Numbered from the stretch's first letter, positions 1 to 12,830 are shown. The stretch: DNA of 64,000 nt from Mobula hypostoma (GCF_963921235.1 NC_086107.1:104906001-104970000); one strand, 5' to 3'. The notes: generated from the letters alone by a model not told the origin. Translations and numbers: made by a program.

Positions 1-2171
1 TGCTACCCATCAATCACACATTTACGCTAATCCCATTTTATTCTCCCAACATTCCTATCACAGATTCTGCTCTTCTACACAAAAAGGTCAATTTGAAGTG
101 AAAAATTAAATTACCAATCTGCGTCTTTGTGTGTGGGAAGGAATTGGAGTGAAAGTACAAACTCCACACAGTCAGTGCTAGACATCAAGATCAAACTAAA
201 CTGGATCATTGTTGTAAGGCAACATGTCTCTCAGCTGCACCATTGCACCACCCTCAATTATCCCCATTGTTCTCCTTTTTCAAAGTTAGTGTTCTACTGG
301 TTTGTGGTTTTAAGTCTTCAGTACCCTCCACCCCACAGTGAATATCAGGGGGCATTTACCTGTGGCATACTCAATTACTGCCAGTTCCTGCTTCTCTCCA
401 CACACCCCTGCAACTACTTAGAACATAGGAGCAGTAGTCCTGTTGATCTCCTTTGAGGAGGGTCATTCCAGCATTTTGTCTCTTTACTTTGCGCCTCCTT
501 CCCCCATCCCTGCGTGGTCCTTTCACACAACTCAGTTTGGAAAGGGAAGCTGGGTTGTTTGTATTAGCTCTATTTACCTACGCCACCATGAAAATGCTGC
601 TGCTGCGTTTTTCTACCCTTAGAAGAAGGTGCAGTCATCTCTCAAGCAAGTGTACTTCAGCACCCTTTCTACCAAAGTAGCAAGACTAGTTCAATGAGTG
701 CAGCTAATTGTACCTCATCATCTCTACCTCCAGTTCTACATGACAATTAAAATTTGCTCTGGGCTACACTTTTAACAGAACTTAGTTCATAAAATTCATT
801 GTTAAAACTAAAGTGATTTTTTTTTTCAGTACATATAGTAATTATGTCAGTAAGGCGATAAATGTTGGATATATTCAAGATTAGCGATTCATTTAATCCT
901 TTTGCTGGTCAGTAATGATTTTTTTTAAAAAGTTAATTCCAAGCAAGCAGTCACTATAAGTAATCTATTTTCCACAGATGCCTGATAAATGTGCTGTAGA
1001 GTTTGGTTAGTATCACAGCTCCCACCTCTAACTGCAGCAAGAACTCTTAATGTGGTTTGCTTGACGTGAACGTTAACCTCTTAGGTATGCGGGAGAGGCT
1101 GCAATGAATGAATGGTGATCGTGAATGTTTATTACATTTTCATATATACATTTATACATAATACTGAGAATTGTGGCTGCACGCTCTAGTAATCCAGGCT
1201 GTTTCCTTCACTCGGCTTGCCATAGCAAATAGGGCTGAGGGCCGTCCCTTGGAGAATGCTGGGACGGCCAGAGTTAGTCTGTGGATCATTTGGTTGGTGA
1301 TTGCTAGTGCTGTAGATTTGGACATTCGCATGCTCCAATTTCTCCTGATTGACAGATTCCACAGCTTGACTGTTTAGAAAATAAAGATTCATTTGTACCT
1401 GCATATTTAATCTAATGTTTTAAAACTGCATTTGTTTTATTATGATCTATTAAACTTGGGTTACAGATGGCAATTATACAACACATTTTGGCAGTGCTTC
1501 TAATGTAAAAGTCTTAGCAGGGTTCAAAATCTGCTCTAGTTTTGCACATCTGTTAAACATTTCCTGTTCAACAGACTGCAATTTCTCCCATCCCCAGGAG
1601 TTCTAATTATGAAAGCAACTTGTGCGTGGTTAATATTGGGTAGAAGGCAACTGCACTTGGCCTGTTAATGCTTCCTGGCTCCATTCATTAACTGGAGGGA
1701 TACTGCAATCCTTGAACTGTACTAAAGTGTCCCAAGGAGAGAAGAGGAAGTGGGTTGGGGAGAGACATGTGCTTTTTGAATGGAAATTTACAGCCTTCTT
1801 TTCATTTCCATTTTTCTTTATTGCATCCCAGTAGGATTGGCAGCAGTTGATTTTTTTTTTCATTTTCTGTCTCTAAATTTTGAATCTGGTGATCTAACTT
1901 TAATATGGATGGATCTTTCTTTCCCTTCACCTTATAATGAATTGAAATAAACAGTAAAAATTCCAATCAGATTCTTTGGTAGTTTCATAGTGCTAAAGAG
2001 TTTGCAGGGTCAGCAGATGCCCAAGTTATTTCAGCATTAGACAGTGGGTTTGGTGGGTATGAGTGGTTGGGGTTGAAGTGGGTGGGGAGCCTTTTTGCAG
2101 GTGCGGCCCTAATGAAGTTGGTACAAGGTTTCAGTCTTACTGCTTTGAGAATTATACAGTCAGATATTTAA

Positions 2172-2501
2172 GTTGTCACCTAGAGTGGATAGCCAGCGCC
2201 TCTTCTCCAGGGCACCACTGCTCAATACAAGAGGACGTGGCTTTAAGGTAAGGGGTGGGAAGTTCAAGGGGGATATTAGAGGAAGGTTTTTCACTCAGAG
2301 AGTGGTTGGTGCGTGGAGTGCACTGCCTGAGTCAGTGGTGGAGGCAGATACACTAGTGAAGTTTAAGAGACTACGAGACAAGTATATGGAGAAATTTAAG
2401 CTGGGGGCTTGCTTATATGGGAGGCAGGGTTTAAGGGTCGGCACAACATTGTGGGCCAAAGGGCCTGTACTGTGCTGTACTATTCTATGTTCTATGTTCT
2501 A
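2172..2501 (+). mobile_element. CR1 3' fragment
   Basis: TRGRGFKVRGGKFKGDIRGRFFTQRVV peptide plus (TTCTATG)n tail. Confidence 0.9.
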
Positions 2502-2687
2502 AGATTTTTTACACCTTTAATTCCAAAAGGAAAAGACAAAATCTGCACTGCTAACAATGAATGGTGCATGCATCAAATTTTGTATTAAAGTTTATAATTT
2601 ATAAAACAAATGCAGTTGTCCCCATTGATTTGGTGTACGGTGTGAGTATGTTGCAGAGTTCTGAGATGTCTTCCTGATTATTCCCAG

Positions 2688-2752
2688 GGTGGATATGCAG
2701 CCTATAGGTATGCACAGCCAGCAACTGCAACTGCTACTGCGTACAGTGACAG
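2688..2752 (+). CDS. RBFOX2: RBFOX2 internal coding exon (GGYAAYRYAQPATATATAYSD-S), C-terminal Ala/Tyr/Gly-rich domain
   Basis: Acceptor ttcccAG and donor GTaagt; 65 nt; splices in frame to 6165; peptide matches the Fox-1 family C-terminus. Confidence 0.95.
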
Positions 2753-3469
2753 GTAAGTGCCAAGTCTACCCTCCTCATTACTGTTTGCTTCTAAAGTCTT
2801 TATTTTCACAGAAGGGATCCATTGTTTGCTGTAACATTGAACTTATTTTGCCGGGTGATATCATGGTGCAGTTGCAGTTTGAAGTTTGTAGCTGAGAACA
2901 TTTTTGCTGAGTAGTTGTAAATAAAGTGCATCATTTCTGTAGTTAATGAAATGTTACAATGCAGGTAGGTTAAATTACTGACAGTGTTTTGTATCGATTA
3001 TCCATTAGTGAATGAACCAATCATTCTTCATCATGTAACCATAAGTATAAAATCACTGTCAGGTCAAAGATGTAAGAACAAAGAAGTACCAGAAAGGGTG
3101 AAGGCCCATTCTCTCAACCATCTTGTAATTATTTTTCCTCCTACTTACTCTTGTTAAAGATATCACCCAATAAGATATCCACACAAATGCTGCTGAACTT
3201 CCTCAGTAGTCATTGCTTTGCCTTTCTCAACTAACAAAGTCTTAATGGTGAGTCCCTCACTTTGAGCAAGTTAAAGTGCAACTGGAACGTTATGAATGCC
3301 ACCAACAAAAAGCTTCCACCTATTCAGGGATGGCATTGTGAAATAAAATCCACCAACACTGCTGACAGGCAATATTTCTACACTTGTTCTGTCTCATTTG
3401 TCATTTCCATCATCCAGAATTTGAACTTCTGAGGTAAAATCAAACCAAGCAAGCATTTTTAATAAAAAT

Positions 3470-3597
3470 ACAAGTCATTCTGCAGATGCTGGAAGTGCAG
3501 ATTAACACAAAATGCTGGAGGACTCAGTTGCTCAGGCATCATCTGTGGAGAGGAATAAACAGTTGACGTTTCAGGCTGAGACCCTTCATCGGGACTC
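3470..3597 (-). mobile_element. Penelope-like pseudo-LTR fragment with a degenerate hammerhead motif
   Basis: aaatgctggaggactcag...gacgtttcaggctgagacccttcatcgggact, homologous to the pLTR at 61310-61520. Confidence 0.8.
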
Positions 3598-3724
3598 ATG
3601 GTGAGTGCACCATGATGTCACCCTTGATGATAAATAAAAATATCTTCTGATGGCCATGTCCAACACCCTTTAAAATATATCTCCTTGCTGCTTTCACTTG
3701 GGGACAGTAGATGACGATCTGGAT

Positions 3725-3806
3725 CAGGGGTTCCCAACCTTTTTTTTATGCCATGGACCCTTACCATTGGCTGAGGGGTCCATGAACTCCAGGTCAGGAA
3801 CCCCAG
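3725..3806. mobile_element. ~80-bp hAT MITE
   Basis: CAGGGGTTCC...GGAACCCCAG termini; degenerate 8-bp TSD ATCTGGAT/ACCTAGAT. Confidence 0.8.
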
Positions 3807-4311
3807 ACCTAGATTTTCAGCAGCATTTGGGAGAGGATTCGTTCCTGTTAGTTGAGATTCATTCAGATGAAAATCAAGAGAAGTATTACTTGGATTTCTT
3901 GATATCCATGCTTGATGTCTTGGATTATTGATTGCAACAACATTGGTAGAGCAGCCAGACAATGGGAACAGAAAGATGCCCTTCTGTTATTTTGGAGGCT
4001 TTGGAAACTTAATGTTTACTCATTTGATTTTTTTTTTGAGCATATGATTTCTTATTTTGAGAAATGCCTTTTTTCCTCAAAAGGAGCACGTCAAGATGTT
4101 TATATGCCATAAATTACACAGCCAGTGCAGCACATGATTGATTGGATGCTGTCAACCTAAAATTCCCTTAGGCCATCTTTCAGTCAATGCACTGACCTTA
4201 CAGAAAAGTGCTGTTTTAAAGGCTTCTAACATTACTCTGCCTTCACTTAGTGAAAAATATTTTGTTCTCATTGTTCACTGGATTAAATTTTCTTTGGAAA
4301 TAATATAAATG

Positions 4312-4610
4312 GGCTGGCAGTAGTGCTGATCTCACACAGGTCTAGTGACCCCAGCTCAATCCTGCCCTCAGGTGCTGTCTGTATAGAGTTTGTATGTTCT
4401 CCTTGTGACTGCATGGTGCTCCAGTTTCCTTCCACTCGACATTCTGTTTGGAAGATTAATTGGCTACTCTAAATCACATTGGTGTAGGGTAGATATTATG
4501 GGATGTAAGAGAGAATAGCTTACAAGAAATTAAGTGGGGGAATGGGATTGATGGAATTTCTCTGACAGCTGATATAGACTTGGACCAAATGATGATCTCC
4601 AGTGTTTTAA
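4312..4610 (+). mobile_element. Old tRNA-derived SINE (HE1/V-SINE-like); related copies at about 1-250, 19870-20180, 30790-30985, 34350-34620 and 39420-39670
   Basis: Degenerate B box (gctcaatcc) followed by the core gtctgtatagagtttgtatgttctcc; boundaries approximate. Confidence 0.65.
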
Positions 4611-6164
4611 GGAAAATGAATAAATTGTAATAAACAAGGCCTTTTCACCTGCTGCATCTTTGTCAAAAGGCTCACTTCACCTCAACCTTAGTAAAGTAAG
4701 CCCTTTCTCAAATATTTAAGCTCTTGTATATATGACTAGTCCTATTAAAGCAGAGCCATAATGCTCCATTATGATTGCATACCATCTGGTTAATCCTGTT
4801 TCTGTTTATTCCTATTTACATCTAATTTGCTAGCCAGTGAGCAGTTATTTCTCTCAAAACCTTTCATATTTTGAGATCTTCTTTAAATCTCCCATTAATC
4901 ATCATCCTCATTCTAGTGGAAAATGCATCTTGAGCCTTTCTTTGTAATAGACCAATCGTGATTTTTTGATTTTACTATGTTCAGTGTTTATATAAGTGTC
5001 CAGAAATCCTTACAGTGCACTATCTAGCCTGACCAATGTCCTTTACAGATTAAAAAATAGGTTGTGTTTAATGTAGAGAATCTACCAAGATGCTTGTATG
5101 AAGCATAAAATTCTAGTATTTGTTTCTAAATTCTGTGCACAGGCTTTATAAAATCTAGAGTTCTTTTTCTTTGGGGTGTTGCTTATTTGTGCTCTCACAT
5201 TTTAAAGATTTCTGTTCATTTCTAGAACATAAAGTTTTACAAATCCAGCTTGAATCAAGCCGGAAAAAAAAATTATAAGCAATGGAGAAACATTCTATCT
5301 GCATGTTGTTTTCTTTTCCCAGTTTTGTGTCTGCATCTTAGTAAAAATAGAAAACAAATATCAACACAACCAATATATTACCAGTTTTTTTTTAAGTATC
5401 CAGCTTTCCAACAGAGAAAGCAGTTGAAGACTGTATCCAATATAATTATTGACTAATTCATGGCATATAGCAGTTTGACGTTCCTTTTGAGAAATAAAGT
5501 ATTTCTCAGAATAAGAAAATATATGTTCAAAATGGTGGAAACAGTCAAGCTTCCAAAGGGGTTTGAGGCATTCACTTCTTTTTCTTCTCTGCCCCCCTCT
5601 GTCTCTATATCCCTCAAAAAATATATCAATCTGTTTCTATCAAATTGATTATTTATGAGGTAAGAGAAAACACCTATTTCTGCTGTTGGCGACTCAAGAA
5701 ATTTAACTGGATTTTGAACCTTCTGGTACCTCACAAAGTGGTCATTTTTCTTTGATTATCAACAGCCTTTCTTACTGTAAGGCATCAAATCTGATGTTTT
5801 AATCTCAGTAATCTTATAAATCCGGTAGGTTTATTTAGTAACAATTGAGAATTGGAATCCTGGTGGAATTTTCCACCAAACTAGAGTTCTGAGGTCAGTT
5901 GTAGGAGTCCCAGTTATAGTGTTGCTGTTTGTTGAAATAGTTAACATTTGCACAAAGTGTTCGGGGGGGAGGGGGGAGAGAGACTTCTCTTGGTTCAGTG
6001 CAACACCATCTACTGTATGTATTACCACACAAAATGCTCGAGAAACTCAGCAGGTGAGGCAGCATCTATGCAAAGGAATAAGTATTATAAATACTGCTAT
6101 TGGTAATACATACTACTGAATGTATTTCTGCATTTATATTGCAAATTATTTTATCCTTTTCCAG

Positions 6165-6237
6165 CTATGGGCGTGTTTACACGGCAGATCCCTATCACAC
6201 ACTTGCTCCTGCGCCTACCTATGGAGTCAGCGCTGTG
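6165..6237 (+). CDS. RBFOX2: RBFOX2 penultimate coding exon (YGRVYTADPYHTLAPAPTYGVSAV)
   Basis: Polypyrimidine tract plus ccAG acceptor, GTaagc donor, 73 nt; phases are compatible with both neighbours; VYTADPY is RBFOX2-type. Confidence 0.95.
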
Positions 6238-9037
6238 GTAAGCAGTCATATTTATTTCTTTTTTAAAATATTGGTAATTTTATTACCATCTTTAATGTAA
6301 AACACATTACAGAATTGTAAAAAGTCAAAATGGGCACCAAGCCAAAAGAGGTGATGAGAAGCTATCAGAGAGGGCCTGGATGGCTGAGGGAGGGGAGTTA
6401 GAGTTGTTGGATAGGATGACTACATACAGCACATTTACTGAAAAATCAGTAAATACTCGGGTTATGATCAGGCAGCAAAGTTGGAACTATGAGAACAGAC
6501 CCATGAAGCATCACAACTCAAAAGAGTCATTGGAAGAGGTAGGTATGGTAAATTCTGTTGCAAGCTACAACCAGATTCATAAGTGCAAATGCATTGTCAG
6601 TGTATTGTGGACATCTTTATTGCCAATTTGAGTCTTAAAAAAAATAGAAATTCTGTGAAAGGTGATTGCTGACATTCAAATTTAAGAACATTAGGAAAGA
6701 AAGGAAATTCAATATGGGCAATAATTTATAGCGGTAAACAAGGTTAGACTTGAAGTGCATTGTGACAATTTGGCGAGTGGCAAGTTTTAGAGCTTTTGTA
6801 CTTTCAGCAGATTCAATAAATTTAGTTTCACAACTTGCCTTGTTGAGAGTTGATTCAGCAAATATCTTCTAGACGATACCTCATGCTCAGTTCTGCACCC
6901 TATTTGAATCCACTTTGAGCACTAAAGGATTGTCATCCAGAATGCTGGTGCTCCATTTTGAGCAGCTGTAACTAAAGGTTCCCACAGGTTATCAGTCATA
7001 TTATATTTTACAAGGAGAATCCTTGAATCGTTCCCCCTTATCCATTTCATAACCTATTGGTGCACAGTCAGTGGAGCGCCTGTTTCAAGAGTGTCACGTG
7101 GGGGATGCAAACATTGCCACTCATCAAAACTCAGCGTAGTTAGAGCTTCAATCATAGGAAAATTGGCCCACGAGAGAGTGCTGGTCTTGGTTCATTTATC
7201 CTGCCAGAAGATTTAGGCAATGTTTCTGAAACAGCATTTCTGGTGATTTGAGGTAAATCTGATCTATACATGAAAGTGGTGATGACTGTTGTCCAGTAGC
7301 CAATAAGCTATGTATTGGATTTGCTCTTGATTATCAAAGGCTTTGTTGACGCACCAAAGGAGATGGTGAAGGGATATAAATACCATAATCACTAAACTAC
7401 AGTACCCAAAGTAAACTGGTACAGCAATGGAAATGGTGCTTTGCACAGCAGTTTAACATGCTAGTGGAATGTTTCCTTTGCTCTGCACCTCCCCATGTAA
7501 TGTTTCTGTTTCCTGCTGGATGCTCTTATGGAGCCTTTTCCAAAAGGCCGTTCTCTGTGTATGATTTTAAATGATGAACATTGGTAGATTATTTGGGAAT
7601 AACCTAATTCTGTTGTGCACCCACCCCCCCCCACAACATACAAAGTAACTGTGATATCCACTTTAAAGTTCAAAGCAAATTTATTATCAAAGTACATATA
7701 CAATAGTGTGCAAAAGTCTTAGGCACCCTAGATTTTTAATATAAATTTTGTTTTAGATGTTTATTTTTTGTCATTAGTTTGTCAGTAGAAAAGAACAAAT
7801 CTTTGATTTTCAGACATACATTTTCCAAAAAATTAGATGTTAGAGAATGTTTTGTATTCTTTTAAAGAAAGTAACATATTAAGTAATAGACCACTTTTCA
7901 AATAAAAGCTTGATTACTTTTTAGGTGTTTAGCCCAGTGCATGACTAAACAAAGATAACAAACAGGTGCTAATGATAGTTGACATGATGAGTTGAATGAA
8001 TTAAACTGATTAACTAAAACAGAAATGGGTGTAGAAGGAATCAAACTGGACAACCAAACTATTCTTACACCATGGCAAGAGTGAGCATAATAACAAGACA
8101 CAAGGCAGGCATCCTGTGTCTCCCACGCAGAAATTTCATGGCAGACAGGAGTTTCAAGATGTTCTGTCCAAGCTCTTCTAAAGAAGCACAAAAAAACAGG
8201 CAAGATTAAAGACCAGAAATGCAATGGTTGGCCACAGAAACTGAGTGCAACAGACAGGAGATATATCAAACTGGCGTCCTTTCTAAATCGAAAAAATCCA
8301 CCATTGCTATTAGCTCTGCAGACTACTTGCAGAAACTACTGGAACCCAAGTACACCCCTCTACAGTCCAGAAAAGTCTTGCCAGAAGTGGTCTTCATGGA
8401 AGAGCTGCTGACAAAATGCCATTCCTCTGAAGTGGGAACAAAACTGAGAGACTTACTTGTGCACAAAAACTCAAGGACTGGGGTGCTGAACATTGGCAGC
8501 AAGTGTTCTGGATTGACAAGTCAAAATTTGAAATTTTGTCTATAACAGGAGGCAGTAGTGGAGAGTGCTACATGGATGAGTGCAGCTAACGGTGAAGCAA
8601 GCATAGCGGGGGTTCACTGCAGGTTTGGGGCTGCATTCCTACAAATGGAGTTGGTGATCTGGACAGAATTAATGGAATCCTCAATGCTGATTAGTACAAG
8701 CAGGTTCTCATCCATCACGCAAAACCATCAGGGAGCCGTCTGTTCAGTCCCAACTTCATTTTACAGCAAGGCAATAACTCCAAGCACACAGCCAAGGACA
8801 TGTAGAACTATCATCAGTGAAAAGAAGAACAAGGAGTTCTGCAACAGATGGTATGGCCTCCACAGAGCCCTGATCTCAACATTATCAAGGTTGTCTGGAA
8901 TTACCTGGAGGGATAAAAGCAAGCAAGCCAGCCAGCCAAAGTCTGCAGAAGAACTGTGGCAAGTTCTCCAAGATGTTTGGAACAACACAACAGCCGATTT
9001 TCTTATAAAACTGCATGATAGTGTACCTAAGTGAATT

Positions 9038-12000
9038 ACATAGACATAGAAAACATAGAAAATAGGTGCAGGAGTAGGCCATTCGGCCCTTCGAGCCTGC
9101 ACCGCCATTTATTATGATCATGGCTAATCATCCAACTCAGAACCCTGCACCAGCCTTCCCTCCATACCCTCTGATCCCCTAGCCACAAGGGCCATATCTA
9201 ACTCCCTCTTAAATATAGCCAATGAACTGGCCTCAACTGTTTCCTGTGGCAGAGAATTCCACAGATTCACCACTCTCTGTGTGAAGAAGTTTTTCCTCAT
9301 CTCGGTCCTAAAAGGCTTCCCCTTTATCCTCAAACTGTGACCCCTCGTTCTGGACTTCCCCAACATCGGGAACAATCTTCCTGCATCTAGCCTGTCCAAT
9401 CCCTTTAGAATTTTATACGTTTCAATAAGATCCCCCCTCAATCTTCTAAATTCCAATGAGTACAAGCCTAGTTCATCCAGTCTTTCTTCATATGAAAGTC
9501 CTGCCATCCCAGGAATCAATCTGGTGAACCTTCTTTGTACTCCCTCTACGGCAAGGATGTCTTTCCTCAGATTAGGGGACCAAAACTGCACACAGTACTC
9601 CAGTTGTGGTCTCACCAAGGCCTTGTACAACTGCAGTAGTACCTCCCTGCTCCTGTACTCGAATCCTCTTGCTATAAATGCCAGCATACCATTCGCCTTT
9701 TTCACTGCCTGCTGTACCTGCATGCTCACTTTCAATGACTGGTGTATAATGACACCCAGGTCTCGTTGCACCTCCCCTTTTCCTAATCGGCCACCATTCA
9801 GATAATAATCTGTTTTCCTATTTTTGCCACCAAAGTGGATAACTTCACATTTATCCACATTAAATTGCATCTGCCATGAATTTGCCCACTCACCTAACCT
9901 ATCCAAGTCACCCTGCATCCTCTTAGCATCCTCCTCACAGCTAACACTGCCGCCCAGCTTCGTGTTATCTGCAAACTTGGAGATGCTGCATTTAATTCCC
10001 TCATCCAAGTCATTAATATATATTGTAAACAACTGGGGTCCCAGCACTGAGCCTTGCGGTACCCCACTAGTCACTGCCTGCCATTCTGAAAAGGTCCCAT
10101 TTATTCCCACTCTTTGCTTCCTGTCTGCTAACCAATTTTCTATCCACATCAATACCTTACCCCCAATACCGTGTGCTTTAAGTTTGCACACTAATCTCCT
10201 GTGTGGAACCTTCTCAAAAGCCTTTTGAAAATCCAAATATACCACATCCACTGGTTTTCCCCTATCCACTCTACTAGTTACATCCTCAAAAAATTCTATG
10301 AGATTCGTCAGACATGATTTTCCTTTCACAAATCCATGCTGACTTTGTTCGATGATTTCACCGCTTTCCAAATGTGCTGTTATCACATCTTTGATAACTG
10401 ACTCCAGCAGTTTCCCCACCACCGACGTTAGGCTAACCGGTCTATAATTCCCCGGTTTCTCTCTCCCTCCTTTTTTAAAATGTGAGGTTATATTAGCCAC
10501 CCTCCAATCCTGAGGAACTAGTCCAGAATCTAACAAGTTTTGAAAAATTATCACTAATGCATCCACTATTTCTTGGGCTACTTCCTTAAGCACTCTGGGA
10601 TGCAGACTATCTGGCCCTGGGGATTTATCTGCCTTTAATCCCTTCAATTTACCTAACACCACTTCCCTACTAACATGTATCTCACTCAGTTCCTCCATCT
10701 CACTGGACCCTCTGTCCCCTACTATTTCTGGAAGATTATTTATGTCCTCCTTAGTGAAGACAGAACCAAAGTAATTATTCAATTGGTCTGCCGTGTCCTT
10801 GCTCCCCATAATCAATTCGCCTGTTTCTGTCTGTAGGGGACCTACATTTGTCTTTACCAGTCTTTTCCTTTTTACATATCTATAAAAGCTTTTACAGTCA
10901 GTTTTTATGTTCCCTGCCAGTTTTCTCTCATAATCTTTTTTCCCCTTCCCAATTAAGCCCTTTGTCCTCTTCTGCTGAACTCTGAATTTCTCCCAGTCCT
11001 CAGGTGAGCCACTTTTTCTGGCTAATTTGTGTGCTGCTTCTTTGGAATTGATACTATCCCTAATTTCTCTTGTCAGCCACGAGTCCACTACCTTCCTTGA
11101 TTTATTCTTTTGCCAAACTGGGATGAACAATTGTTGTAGTTCATCCATGCAATCTTTAAATGCTTGCCATTGCATATCCACCGTCAATCCTTTAAGTGTC
11201 ATTTGCCAATCTATCTTAGCTAATTCACATCTCATACCTTCACAGTTACCCTTCTTTAAGTTCAGAACCTTTGTTTCTGAATTAACTATGTCACTCTCCA
11301 TCTTCATTAAGATATTCACCATATTATGGTCACTCTTACCCAAGGGGCCTCTCATGACAAGATTGCTAATTAACCCTTCCTCATTCCTCAAAACCCAGAC
11401 TAGAATAGCCTGCTCTCTAGTTGGTTCTTCGACATGTTGGTTCAAAAAACCATCCCGCATATTTTCCAAGAAATCCTCTTCCTCAGCACCCTTACCAATT
11501 TGGTTCACCCAATCTACATGTAGATTGAAGTCACCCATTATAACTGCTGTTCCTTTATTGCACACATTTCTAATTTCCTGTTTAATACCATCCCCAACCT
11601 CCCTACTACTGTTAGGTGGCCTGTACACAACTGCCACCAGTGTTTTCTGCCTCTTAGTGTTATGCAGCTCTACCCATATCGATTCCACATCCTCCCGGCT
11701 AACATCCTTCCTTTCTACTGCGTTAATCTCCTCTCTAACCAGCAATGCTACCCCACCTCCTTTTCTTTCATGTCTATCCCTCCTGAATATTGAATATCCC
11801 TGAACGTTGAGCTCCCATCCTTGGTCACCCTGGAGCCATGTCTCTGTGATCCCAACTATATCATAATCATTAATAACAATCTGCACTTTCAATTCATCCA
11901 CCTTGTTATGAATGCTCCTGGCATTGACACACAAAGCCTTCAGGCGCTCTTTTACAACTCTCTTAGCCCATATACAATTACGTTGAAAAGTGGCCCTTTT

Positions 12001-12121
12001 TGATGCTTGCCCTGGATTTGTCGGCCTGCCACTTTTACTTTTCTCCTTACTACTTTTTGCTTCTACCCTCACTTTACACCCCTCTGTCTCTCCCCCTGTT
12101 GTGCACTAACCTCCTCTCGCC
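9038..12121 (-). mobile_element. Young 5'-truncated CR1 LINE in the last RBFOX2 intron, antisense to the gene
   Basis: Full ORF2, 3'UTR and (TTCTATG)-type tail at 9038-9062; splits a Tc1 transposase. Confidence 0.95.
9124..12072 (-). CDS. CR1 ORF2, AP-endonuclease plus reverse transcriptase, 982 codons without a stop
   Basis: Endonuclease motifs NARS, ITETW, YRPP, GDFN and SDH; RT motifs YRPVSLTS, QHGF, YLDFQKAF, GVPQGSVLGP and FADN. Confidence 0.9.
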   Translation of the reverse strand: MRVEAKSSKEKSKSGRPTNPGQASKRATFQRNCIWAKRVVKERLKALCVNARSIHNKVDELKVQIVINDYDIVGITETWLQGDQGWELNVQGYSIFRRDRHERKGGGVALLVREEINAVERKDVSREDVESIWVELHNTKRQKTLVAVVYRPPNSSREVGDGIKQEIRNVCNKGTAVIMGDFNLHVDWVNQIGKGAEEEDFLENMRDGFLNQHVEEPTREQAILVWVLRNEEGLISNLVMRGPLGKSDHNMVNILMKMESDIVNSETKVLNLKKGNCEGMRCELAKIDWQMTLKGLTVDMQWQAFKDCMDELQQLFIPVWQKNKSRKVVDSWLTREIRDSINSKEAAHKLARKSGSPEDWEKFRVQQKRTKGLIGKGKKDYERKLAGNIKTDCKSFYRYVKRKRLVKTNVGPLQTETGELIMGSKDTADQLNNYFGSVFTKEDINNLPEIVGDRGSSEMEELSEIHVSREVVLGKLKGLKADKSPGPDSLHPRVLKEVAQEIVDALVIIFQNLLDSGLVPQDWRVANITSHFKKGGREKPGNYRPVSLTSVVGKLLESVIKDVITAHLESGEIIEQSQHGFVKGKSCLTNLIEFFEDVTSRVDRGKPVDVVYLDFQKAFEKVPHRRLVCKLKAHGIGGKVLMWIENWLADRKQRVGINGTFSEWQAVTSGVPQGSVLGPQLFTIYINDLDEGIKCSISKFADNTKLGGSVSCEEDAKRMQGDLDRLGEWANSWQMQFNVDKCEVIHFGGKNRKTDYYLNGGRLGKGEVQRDLGVIIHQSLKVSMQVQQAVKKANGMLAFIARGFEYRSREVLLQLYKALVRPQLEYCVQFWSPNLRKDILAVEGVQRRFTRLIPGMAGLSYEERLDELGLYSLEFRRLRGDLIETYKILKGLDRLDAGRLFPMLGKSRTRGHSLRIKGKPFRTEMRKNFFTQRVVNLWNSLPQETVEASSLAIFKRELDMALVARGSEGMEGRLVQGSELDD

Positions 12122-12300
12122 TTGATGTAGCTTTAAAGGAACAAAGGGTGGTCACACCAAATATTGATTTCATTTAGTTTTTTTTAACTGCTTACTGCAC
12201 TTCATAGTATGTTTTTGATATGTAGAAACTTTTCAGTTAATTATTTTTGAAAGCTTTGCAGAATTTTTTTACATGTGCCTGAGACTTTTGCATAGTACTA

Positions 12301-12830
12301 TTTGTCACCATATACAACCCTGAGATTTTTTTTTTGCAAGCATATTCAGTATATCTAAGGACCATAATAGAATCAATGAAAGACTACACCCAACAGGGTG
12401 GACAACCAGTGAGAAAAAGACAACAAACTTGAGCAAATACAAAGATAATAATAATAAATAAGCAATAAATATCAAGAACCTGAGATCAAGTGTCCTTGAG
12501 TGTGAGTCCATAGGTTATAGGAACAGTTCAGTGATGGGCAAGTGAAGTTGAGTAAAATTATCCTTTCTGATTCAAGAGCCTGATGACTGACTGGTAATAA
12601 CTGTTCCCGAAGCTGGTAGTAGGAGTCCTCAGGCTCCTGCAGTACCTCCTTCCTGATAGCAGCAGTGAGAAGAGAGCATAACCTGGGTGGTGGGGATTTC
12701 AGATGATAGATCCTGCTTTCCTGCAACAATGCTCCATGCAGGTGTACACAATGATGGGAAGGGCTTTATCTGTGGCACTGGGCTATATCCACTACTTTTT
12801 TTCATTCAAGAGCATTGGTGTTTCCAGTCA
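12301..12830 (-). mobile_element. Rex1/Babar-like LINE 3' fragment; its tail is at 7665-7700, separated by the Tc1
   Basis: Joining 7665-7700 to 12301 restores the aaagttcaaag-aaatttattatcaaagtacata...tgtcaccatatacaaccctgaga end also seen at ~34770 and ~55700. Confidence 0.75.

Larger units (their letters stand above)
7701..12300 (+). mobile_element. Tc1/mariner DNA transposon with decayed transposase, interrupted by CR1
   Basis: TIRs caatagtgtgcaaaagtcttaggcac (7701-7726) and gtgcctgagacttttgcatagtacta (12275-12300); TA on the left flank; Tc1 peptide remnants (WPPQSPDL, EELWQVLQDVW, KGGHTKY) on both sides of the CR1. Confidence 0.9.

Noticed and set aside
1042..1084. 43-nt AG...GT segment as a candidate RBFOX2 M43 exon
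   Set aside because: In-frame TGA, no similarity to the recalled M43 peptide and a weak acceptor; the B40 and M43 exons were not found in this window
2616..2641. Candidate 26-nt microexon (tgcAG...GTgagt) downstream of a TGCATG
   Set aside because: No polypyrimidine tract, and the downstream intron would be only 46 nt
9524..11803. + strand ORFs of 93-258 aa
   Set aside because: Antisense shadows of CR1 ORF2
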